Source: an uncultured Pseudomonadales bacterium
GTDB lineage: Bacteria > Patescibacteriota > Microgenomatia > UBA1400 > PJMF01
Length of the DNA: 64,000 bases
Assembly: GCA_964393205.1 (NCBI GenBank)
Contig: CAYMSV010000002.1
Span: 96,843-160,842 of the forward strand
Direction of reading: 5' to 3'
Shown here: piece by piece, positions 51,870 to 59,300 of the stretch
Layout: every line of letters begins with the position of its first letter
Numbering within the stretch: the stretch's first letter is position 1
Notes under the pieces: model-generated
What the model was told of the DNA's origin: nothing
The model's input: only the letters and a program-made list of their open reading frames with translations
Database searches by the model: none
Made by a program: the position numbers and the translations under genes

Positions 51870-53576
51870 TTATTTTAACTTGCTTTGTTTTTTTATTAAA
51901 AATATAACCTCTGGCGAATAATTTTCATTTTGATCTACAAAATAATAAGAGCTAAGAGTTAAAAATAAGTGCCTATTGTGCACATCTATATTTTTTAAGT
52001 TAAATAAAACTTCTTGTAAACATGCTTCTGATTCTTGAATAATTAATTCTGTTTCATAATTTCCCGAATCACAAATCAAAAAATAATAATCAATATTATT
52101 CAAAAAATGAGTGTGATCTGAAAGAAAACGGATAAATAGATTATAATTTTCTACAGACCGTTCTTCATTAAAGCTCGATTTATTTATAAAAAAATCGTTA
52201 GATTGAGCTATATGTCTTAATAATCTTAAATAATTTAAGGAATTATTGGCGTCATAAGTAAATGTATCTTCTCCAAAGTTTGCCTTGTTTAAAACCATTG
52301 TTCTGCTTCTTTCTAAATTTTTTGTGACAATCTCATCAGCAATTAAGTTAGAAACTTTCTCATAAGAATAAATGGTTCCCGAAGACCACTTGTCAGATTT
52401 AAAAATAAGAAAAGAGTTTCGAATATTTATATAAAAATAAATAGATAAAAAAATAATAACAGGTAACAGTAAACAAATTTTTAGAAAGCTGTTTGCTTTG
52501 AAACTTAAAATAAGCTCTAAACCTATGGCCAATAAAATAAAAAACAAGAAAAACAGAACATCAAGTCTGTGAAAGTCTTGAGCTCCTGCTATATTCAATA
52601 GATAAACAATGGCTAAAATCCACAAATATAAAAAGGGATTAATATAAATTTTAGTTAAAAAATTAAGTCTTTTTTTATAAAAAACTAACAAACTGAACAA
52701 AAAAAACAAAAATAAAAAAAATAATAAATGAAGTTGTGGGGAAACATCCCAAGAAAAGAAAACTTGAGATAAAATTTTAGAAATGTTGAAAAAAGTTTCA
52801 ACTATTATTTCAGAATTAATGCTTACATTATCTCGAAAAATTCCTAATACAGAAGAAAGCCGTGAGAAAAAACCAAAATTTATCTCGTTGACCAATAAGG
52901 GAAGATAAACTAATAGTATAAATACTGAGTTACTCAATAAAATATAAATTAAACTTTTTATCTTGGAATAAGCTTCAATTCTGTTAAAAAAAACATATGA
53001 ATAATATAAAACTATTGGTAAAACAAAGATCGGAGAAGGATAAATTGATAAAGATATAAAAAATAAAAATTGTCCTAAGAATAAGTATGGTTTTTTCTTC
53101 ATTCTTAAAGATAAAGTTAGAAACAAAAACGATAGTGATAAAAAAAACAATACAGGGTGAGGATGCCAAATCATTCTGCTAACATGAATAAAATAGTGAC
53201 TAATTGAAAAAATTGCAATAAATAAAACAGCAATGCCTTTATTTTTGCTTAAAATATAAACTAAAAAAGAAAAAATAATAACAGTCAAGAAACCCATTAA
53301 AGCAAATAACGCAGAAATAATTTTTATTTCGCCTCCAGCAATAAAATATAAGAATGCTATTAGGTAAAGGTAGGTCGGTGGAATCACAACATCTACCAAC
53401 TCTAAAGTTGGACCCAAAAGGGGTAACTTTTTAAATTGATTAATTTGCCTGGCTTTCTCTAATTCATATCCTGAATCACCATACAAAGTATTGGCTTGCA
53501 GATTATAAAATCTTAAATATGCAGCTAATATTATAAAAAATAAGACAAGTAAAAATATAAATTTATTTCTTTTCAT
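51870..53576 (-). CDS. ArnT/PMT-like GT-C glycosyltransferase (paralog of 47195-48817)
   Basis: LRFYNL....D.GYE, PLLGP, PPTYLYLI and SRMIWHPHP. Confidence 0.72.
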   Translation of the reverse strand: MKRNKFIFLLVLFFIILAAYLRFYNLQANTLYGDSGYELEKARQINQFKKLPLLGPTLELVDVVIPPTYLYLIAFLYFIAGGEIKIISALFALMGFLTVIIFSFLVYILSKNKGIAVLFIAIFSISHYFIHVSRMIWHPHPVLFFLSLSFLFLTLSLRMKKKPYLFLGQFLFFISLSIYPSPIFVLPIVLYYSYVFFNRIEAYSKIKSLIYILLSNSVFILLVYLPLLVNEINFGFFSRLSSVLGIFRDNVSINSEIIVETFFNISKILSQVFFSWDVSPQLHLLFFLFLFFLFSLLVFYKKRLNFLTKIYINPFLYLWILAIVYLLNIAGAQDFHRLDVLFFLFFILLAIGLELILSFKANSFLKICLLLPVIIFLSIYFYINIRNSFLIFKSDKWSSGTIYSYEKVSNLIADEIVTKNLERSRTMVLNKANFGEDTFTYDANNSLNYLRLLRHIAQSNDFFINKSSFNEERSVENYNLFIRFLSDHTHFLNNIDYYFLICDSGNYETELIIQESEACLQEVLFNLKNIDVHNRHLFLTLSSYYFVDQNENYSPEVIFLIKKQSKLK

Positions 53577-53738
53577 CTAAAAAAACAAAAAAATAATAAA
53601 GGCTAATTAATAGTATCACCCTCCAGTTGAAAACAATACTAACACTTATATTAACCAGCAACTTATAAAAAAATTAAAACCACATTTATTAACTATTTGT
53701 GTATTTGTGTATTATAGTTACAATGAGAAAATATCATT

Positions 53739-54986
53739 ATGTTTGGCGTTAAAACTAAAATTATTAATCGATTGAAGAAAAATTTTTATAATATTAATTT
53801 TAATAGTTTAACGTCTTCTGTAAAAAGAAAAACTTTAGCCTTGCTAGTAAAATCAGAACTAGAGAGAGAACTTCAATACGTAGATATTCAACAACCCATA
53901 GCTAAAAAAACCAATCATTTTGCTTCTTATATACTAAAAAAAACCACTGACTATATGCCAAATAATTTGGGCAATTGGTCAATTAAAAAACCAGGCACTC
54001 TGAGTGGAAAACTCGAACTAACCATCATTGAAACTCTAAAAAAACAATACAATTGTAACAAAGAGATTGTTGGTCATTTTGGATCAGGGACAACAGAGGG
54101 CAATATTTATGCTGCCTGGATTGGAAGAAATTACTTATCCAAAAAACTAAAAAGCAAAAATTTTGATAAGCTGATCCTAATCAAAAGTAGTTTAAGCCAC
54201 TATTCTCTTGATAAAGCAAGCGATATTATAGGCATTAAAAACTTTGAAGTTAGTATTGATCAAACTAAGTTCAATCTTGATTTAGCAGAATTTGAGCTCA
54301 TCATTAATAAACTTTATAAGCGTGGCTACAGAGGTTTCTTAGTTCCCCTCACTCTAGGCTATACCGTGACAGGCACCGATGATGATTATCTTGCAATTAT
54401 TAAAATTGTAGAAAAATTTAAGAAAGAAAAAAAAGATTGTGAATTCTTCATATGGCTTGATGCTGCCTTCACTGGAATAAGTAAAATATTTGATCAAAAA
54501 AAATTTGAACCATTTAAAAACAAACAAATACAATTATTAAGTACAGATTTACATAAATTTTTAGCCGTTCCTTATCCGGCTAGCGTTTTGCTTTACAGAA
54601 AAAATTTGCTAAAACATGTTGCCAAGCCAATTCCCTACATTGATCAACTAGATAGTACTTTACTGGGTTCTAGATCTGGAAACATGGTTATAGCTAGTTG
54701 GTTTACCTTAATTAACTTAAATCATCAAAAAATGCGCAAGCTCATTAACGAGAGCCTGAAGGAAAAAGAAAATTACTTAGACAAAATTGTCAAAGAGAAA
54801 ATCAAGGTTACCATCATTAATAATAAAAATAGTTTACAAGCTTGTTTAATTTCTCACAATAAAAAAGCTGACGAAATATTATCTAAAAAATATGGTCTCT
54901 CTAGCATCGAATATCCTCTACTAATTAAAAATAAGACACAAGTTACCAAGATTTATAAATTATATTTTTTTACAACACTGAGATAA
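53739..54986 (+). CDS. PLP-dependent group II amino-acid decarboxylase (His/Tyr/Asp/Ser decarboxylase-like)
   Basis: SGTTEGN, SHYSLDKA, LGYTVTG.DD, WLDAAFTG, DLHKF (PLP lysine) and TLLGSRSG. Confidence 0.85.
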   Translation: MFGVKTKIINRLKKNFYNINFNSLTSSVKRKTLALLVKSELERELQYVDIQQPIAKKTNHFASYILKKTTDYMPNNLGNWSIKKPGTLSGKLELTIIETLKKQYNCNKEIVGHFGSGTTEGNIYAAWIGRNYLSKKLKSKNFDKLILIKSSLSHYSLDKASDIIGIKNFEVSIDQTKFNLDLAEFELIINKLYKRGYRGFLVPLTLGYTVTGTDDDYLAIIKIVEKFKKEKKDCEFFIWLDAAFTGISKIFDQKKFEPFKNKQIQLLSTDLHKFLAVPYPASVLLYRKNLLKHVAKPIPYIDQLDSTLLGSRSGNMVIASWFTLINLNHQKMRKLINESLKEKENYLDKIVKEKIKVTIINNKNSLQACLISHNKKADEILSKKYGLSSIEYPLLIKNKTQVTKIYKLYFFTTLR

Positions 54987-54988
54987 TA

Positions 54989-55834
54989 ATGACACAATCA
55001 TCAATTAAAAAAATCTATCATCAATCCAAATTTAATCTGGGTTTCAAAAGAAACTTAGAAAAATATTTCGGTTTTGAAACTTTTTTGAAAAACCAATACA
55101 ACAAAAGTAAGTTCTTTTTTGATAATAAAATTATTTACCCCGTATTTGCAAAAATTAGTCATTATTTATATCAACAAGTTATTGATTATTACGGAGCTGA
55201 TTATAGGTGGAACGATCAAAAAAGCCAAAATATAGATAAAAAAACCAATAATTATGGCTATGGTCTCTTTCATTACTCAATGATTAGAAATCAAAAACCA
55301 AAGCGTGTTTTATGTATCGGTTCAATGTACGGGTATATTCCCTACATGATGGCTAAAGCCTGCCAAGATAATAATTTTGGTAGCATTGATTTTGTTGACG
55401 CTAATTATAATCTTAAAGATGATGAGAATAATCAGAATCATTATTTTGGAGAAGGTTTCTGGAATAAAGACCGCGTAGCAAATCATTTTAATTATTTATT
55501 GAATCAAAAATTCATAAACACCTACGTCATGCGCACTGATCAATTTGCTCATAAATATTCAAGTAGAAAATACGATTATGTTTGCTTAGACGGGGATCAT
55601 TCATACAAAGGAGTAAAAACAGATTTTAAGCTATTTTGGCCAAAAATTAAGAAGAATGGCTTTCTTTGTTTACATGATATTGATCTTGTAGTTGACCCTA
55701 AAAATCCAGATTTTATGAATTTAGAGTTCAACTATAAAAAATTTTGGGAAGAATTAGTAGCAAAAAAGAGTTTTCAATATAAATTTGAAATCTCTAATCA
55801 ATATTCAGGCCTAGGTTTTATTCAAAAAAAATAA
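54989..55834 (+). CDS. Class I SAM-dependent methyltransferase (Methyltransf_24-like)
   Basis: KPKRVLCIGSMYGY, IDFVD and YDYVCLDGDHSYKGV..DF......GFLCLHD. Confidence 0.85.
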   Translation: MTQSSIKKIYHQSKFNLGFKRNLEKYFGFETFLKNQYNKSKFFFDNKIIYPVFAKISHYLYQQVIDYYGADYRWNDQKSQNIDKKTNNYGYGLFHYSMIRNQKPKRVLCIGSMYGYIPYMMAKACQDNNFGSIDFVDANYNLKDDENNQNHYFGEGFWNKDRVANHFNYLLNQKFINTYVMRTDQFAHKYSSRKYDYVCLDGDHSYKGVKTDFKLFWPKIKKNGFLCLHDIDLVVDPKNPDFMNLEFNYKKFWEELVAKKSFQYKFEISNQYSGLGFIQKK

Positions 55835-55839
55835 TTTAT

Positions 55840-56802
55840 TTATACTTTTATCAATGCTTTTTTCAATCTTTGACGAATTGTATACCACAAATTAAACATA
55901 TAGATTGTCTTATCCTCAACACCAGCCTCTTTAAAAGAGTTTCTTCTATCAACACAGGTGGCACAAGCATCACCACATTGAAATAGCTTATGTTGATAAC
56001 AAGACCAAGTTTTTTCAAAAGGAACCTTTAAATGTTTACCTAGCTTAATTGTTTCTTTTTTATCTAACATAAGCCCCATTTCCCTTTCCAAAAAAACTGA
56101 TGAAAAATTCCAATCATATTCAGCTTTAGCGCCACAAATGGACAATAAGGTTGTTCTAAGCGAAGTAAAGGATTGGCTAGGAATCACAAAACCGTCAGAA
56201 AAATTTATACCTGTATATATATCTTTAATGTTAATGCCCTTGGTATATTTTAAATAATCAGCATAAAACACTGCATAAAAAGACATTAAATAAGGTGAGA
56301 TTCCATTAGCTCTAGTAATTACAACGTTAGATTGATTATTAACCATCTTATTGTTTTGGTTGAAATTATTTAGTAAATCATTGGCAGTGAGAAGTTTTTC
56401 ATTACTTAAGTCTAAAACTTCTTTTGGAGTAGGATTAACATGTAAATGAAAAGGTTTTATGTAATTCTCTGGATATTTTGCTGAAAAATGTTTTTCTAAA
56501 TTTTTAACGGCTCTCAACTCTCTCTTAGCTCTTTTCTTTAATCCTCTATCAATAATTAAAGGATAAACTTGATAATTATATATATCCAATAAAGCAGCCC
56601 AAGCTACGGTCGAATCTATCCCTCCAGAAAGCAATAAAATAACTTTTGTTTTAGCTTTTGGTTTGCGAAATACATAACCCCTTTTTTTGATAAAAAAATT
56701 ATCAACAGCGTCAATTAAATCCAAATCTTCTACTTTTCTTTCTTTAAGCAAATTATCAAACCTTGATTTTGAAATTTTAGGCAAATATTTCTTTTTTCTC
56801 AT
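55840..56802 (-). CDS. QueC-family (7-cyano-7-deazaguanine synthase-like) PP-loop ATPase
   Basis: VILLLSGGIDS PP-loop; C-terminal Zn site TWSCY......CGDACATCVDR; N-terminal extension. Confidence 0.85.
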   Translation of the reverse strand: MRKKKYLPKISKSRFDNLLKERKVEDLDLIDAVDNFFIKKRGYVFRKPKAKTKVILLLSGGIDSTVAWAALLDIYNYQVYPLIIDRGLKKRAKRELRAVKNLEKHFSAKYPENYIKPFHLHVNPTPKEVLDLSNEKLLTANDLLNNFNQNNKMVNNQSNVVITRANGISPYLMSFYAVFYADYLKYTKGINIKDIYTGINFSDGFVIPSQSFTSLRTTLLSICGAKAEYDWNFSSVFLEREMGLMLDKKETIKLGKHLKVPFEKTWSCYQHKLFQCGDACATCVDRRNSFKEAGVEDKTIYMFNLWYTIRQRLKKALIKV

Positions 56803-56810
56803 CGGCTTTC

Positions 56811-56839
56811 ATCTTAATCTAAAGACTCCTGCTTTTCAA
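56811..56839 (-). promoter_or_regulatory. Putative promoter of the QueC-like gene
   Basis: Minus strand TTGAAA-N17-TAAGAT, ending 8 nt before the ATG, so the mRNA would be near-leaderless. Confidence 0.45.
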
Positions 56840-56864
56840 GAAAAAAGAAACATCATAACGATCG

Positions 56865-56894
56865 TTGACAACTCCTAATAATTGAGTCTAGAAT
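56865..56894 (+). promoter_or_regulatory. Near-consensus sigma70 promoter for peptide + PqqD
   Basis: TTGACA-N18-TAGAAT, 17 nt upstream of the ATG at 56912. Confidence 0.65.
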
Positions 56895-56911
56895 AATAAA
56901 GAGATAAAAAT

Positions 56912-56989
56912 ATGAAAAAATATACAAAACCAAGCCTGAAAAAAAGCAAAATCAAGATAAACTTTGCTTTTACTATTGTCAAAACATAA
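56912..56989 (+). CDS. Putative RiPP-like precursor peptide, 25 aa (not in ORF track)
   Basis: MKKYTKPSLKKSKIKINFAFTIVKT*; YxxPxL leader motif; AAAGAGA upstream; 22 nt before the PqqD gene. Confidence 0.7.
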   Translation: MKKYTKPSLKKSKIKINFAFTIVKT

Positions 56990-57011
56990 ATTAGAAAATT
57001 TATAATCCTTT

Positions 57012-57320
57012 ATGTTTAATTCTGAAAAACTGTTTTCTAGTTTTGTTTTTTGTCGCTCAAGTGTTAATTTTAGCAAAAAAAAAGATACTTTCTTAGTTTT
57101 ATCTCAAGACCGCAAACACATTCTGGAACTTAAAGATGTATCTTTTAGTATTTGGCAAAATTTAGAAAAACCAATCTCTTTTTCTGCATTGATAAAGAAA
57201 CTCCAAAAGGAGTATGACGTGGCAGAAGAAGTTTTAGAAAAAGATTTAAAATCTTGGTTAAAAGAAGCTTTAAAAGAAAAGATTATTAAAAAAGTAAAAT
57301 TAAACAACCTTAATCATTAA
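57012..57320 (+). CDS. Standalone PqqD-family / RiPP recognition element (RRE) protein
   Basis: Beta-strands followed by LKDVSFSIWQNLEKP.SFSALIKKLQKEYDVAEEVLEKDLKSWLKEALKEKII, the PqqD winged-helix pattern. Confidence 0.88.
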   Translation: MFNSEKLFSSFVFCRSSVNFSKKKDTFLVLSQDRKHILELKDVSFSIWQNLEKPISFSALIKKLQKEYDVAEEVLEKDLKSWLKEALKEKIIKKVKLNNLNH

Positions 57321-58343
57321 GCCTAAAAAATTTTTACGATCGACATAGCCTGGGTCTGAATACAAATTACTGTCGCCTTTAGTGATAATTTTGCCTTTTT
57401 CTAGACCATGAAAACGATGCACCACTACGTTTTTCAGCTCCTGATGCCAAAAAGCAATAATGTCTCCCTTTTTTAAATTTTTAAAGTTAATTCTCTTTAT
57501 CAAAACTTCATCACCTTTTAAGACCAAGGGTTCCATACTTCCACTGCCAGCAGTTGCTACAAACTTTTCACCTATTGGTAAATTTTTTAAAAAATTAAAC
57601 ACCAACCCAGCCTTTTTATTATCAGGCATCTTCTCTAGCACCAAAGAGTTGCAATATTTTTTATATTCTAGCAACACTTCCTGACCACCATCCATAAACA
57701 ACTGACCCTTCTCTAACCAAATAAAACGATTACATAGTCTACGAAGTAGAGGTAATAGATGGCTACATAAAACAATTGTTTTGCCTTGCTTAAAAATCTC
57801 TTCTACCTTGTCAAAAGCTTTTTTTTGAAAATCATTGTCTCCTACCACAATGCCCTCATCAATAATAAAAATATCTGGATCACAGTGTACAGCTATAGAA
57901 AAAGCTAAACGTAAAATCATTCCCGATGAATAAGTATATAGAGGTCGGTCTATAAATTGAGCAATACCAGAAAATTCAATAATTGTACTTTCTAATTTTT
58001 TAATTTTATTCAGTGAAGTACCCAAAACTACAGCATTTAAATAAATATTTTCCCTACCAGAGGATTGAGGATAAAAACCAGCAGTTAAATCAATCAGAGA
58101 AATAATTTTCCCAAAATGCTTAACCCGACCCTCACTAGCTTGAGCTATACCAGTAATTAACTTTAGTAAAGTTGTTTTTCCAGCTCCATTATTACCTAAA
58201 ACAGCTACTTTTTCTCCTTTATATATTTTTAAGTCAATGTTTTTTAAAGCATAAAAAGTTTTTTCTTTGTCAGAGTCAATTGAAGGATAAATCTTATTAA
58301 CCTTGTCCAGTTCTATTGCTAATCTTTGCTTTTGTTTAGACAT
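57300..58343 (-). CDS. Wzt-type ABC ATPase fused to C-terminal S26 (signal peptidase I/SipW-like) peptidase domain
   Basis: ABC motifs GNNGAGKTT, GRENI, YSSGMILRLAFS, IIDEG and CSH; then GSGSMEP, KKGDIIAF, VVHR and ITKGDSN..SD. Confidence 0.85.
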   Translation of the reverse strand: MSKQKQRLAIELDKVNKIYPSIDSDKEKTFYALKNIDLKIYKGEKVAVLGNNGAGKTTLLKLITGIAQASEGRVKHFGKIISLIDLTAGFYPQSSGRENIYLNAVVLGTSLNKIKKLESTIIEFSGIAQFIDRPLYTYSSGMILRLAFSIAVHCDPDIFIIDEGIVVGDNDFQKKAFDKVEEIFKQGKTIVLCSHLLPLLRRLCNRFIWLEKGQLFMDGGQEVLLEYKKYCNSLVLEKMPDNKKAGLVFNFLKNLPIGEKFVATAGSGSMEPLVLKGDEVLIKRINFKNLKKGDIIAFWHQELKNVVVHRFHGLEKGKIITKGDSNLYSDPGYVDRKNFLGLMIKVV

Positions 58344-58346
58344 TTA

Positions 58347-59141
58347 CTATAACCAATCATCTACTTTTTTACTTTGTTTTCTAAAAAAATCTAGAGAAAA
58401 AACTAAAAATAATATAGAAAATAAGCCATTTATCAAATATTCCTGAAAACTCATGCCTAAATCTAAAAATATCGAGCGAAACATTTCAATGAACTGAAAT
58501 AAAGGGTTTAAAGACAAGATTCCAGCTAAATTGTTAGGAAGTAAGTCGCGAGCATAAAAAATTGGTACCATAAAAAAAGATAGTTGAATAATAAAATCTA
58601 TTACCACCATAAACTTTTTAACTCTTGCAACTAAAATTGAAAAAAACAGAGCTACAGCTAGAGAAAAAAAGGCTAAAAAAATTGATAAAACACTAAATAA
58701 AAAAAAGGATTTAATAAAATAAGCAAAAGCCACTCCAAAATTAACAGAAGAAAAACTTACAAAAAGCAATATTAATAAACTAGTAATAAAATAAGGAATA
58801 AAACTTACTATCAAAGTTTTTATCAATAAAAGTTCTCTAGGAAAAACCGCTTTTTTAATAAGATTTTGTTCATCAACTAAAATTATTGCAGAACTCTTAA
58901 TAAATTTGGCAAAAAAACTCCAGGAGATTAATCCTGATAATATAAATAAAAAATAATTATTATCTTTAGAAACAAGCATAAAAGATAAAATGAAAGAAAG
59001 AATAAATGCTTTAATAATAGGAGTGCTAATTTCCCATACTAAGCTCAAAAAACTCCTTTTACTACTCACGTTCAAATCTTTTTTTGTCATCAGAAGCAAA
59101 AAATCTAAGTATGGAAATTTTTCTTTATATTCTTGAGTCAT
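58347..59141 (-). CDS. wzm: Wzm-type ABC transporter permease (divergent paralog)
   Basis: SFLSLVWEISTP, SGLISWSFF, LIKKAVFPRE, FFMVPIFY, LNPL and C-terminal DDWL. Confidence 0.85.
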   Translation of the reverse strand: MTQEYKEKFPYLDFLLLMTKKDLNVSSKRSFLSLVWEISTPIIKAFILSFILSFMLVSKDNNYFLFILSGLISWSFFAKFIKSSAIILVDEQNLIKKAVFPRELLLIKTLIVSFIPYFITSLLILLFVSFSSVNFGVAFAYFIKSFFLFSVLSIFLAFFSLAVALFFSILVARVKKFMVVIDFIIQLSFFMVPIFYARDLLPNNLAGILSLNPLFQFIEMFRSIFLDLGMSFQEYLINGLFSILFLVFSLDFFRKQSKKVDDWL

Positions 59142-59300
59142 AATCGATATTTAAATGCAACTAAAACTAAAGCATTATAATATAGAGCTACATAGAAAAA
59201 CTAATCAACTTAAACAAAAATTTCCATAATTTTTATCAATAACACATCAATCATAGAGTTTCCGGTTGTTTACTCTATAAAAAAATGACAAAATGAAAAG

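Noticed and set aside
55840-56802. Qat, type IV CBASS or Dpd defence system
   Set aside because: No QatA ATPase, TatD, CD-NTase or TGT/DpdA neighbours.
56888-57076. 62-aa minus-strand ORF from the track, plus ORFs 56687, 57104 and 57460
   Set aside because: They are antisense to the peptide, PqqD, QueC-like or Wzt genes and have no motifs; the promoter and SD favour the plus-strand 25-aa ORF.
55840-57320. Classical lasso peptide or PQQ biosynthesis cluster
   Set aside because: No asparagine-synthetase-like cyclase, B2 protease or pqqBCE nearby; the peptide lacks the Asp/Glu acceptor and the PqqA ExxxY motif.
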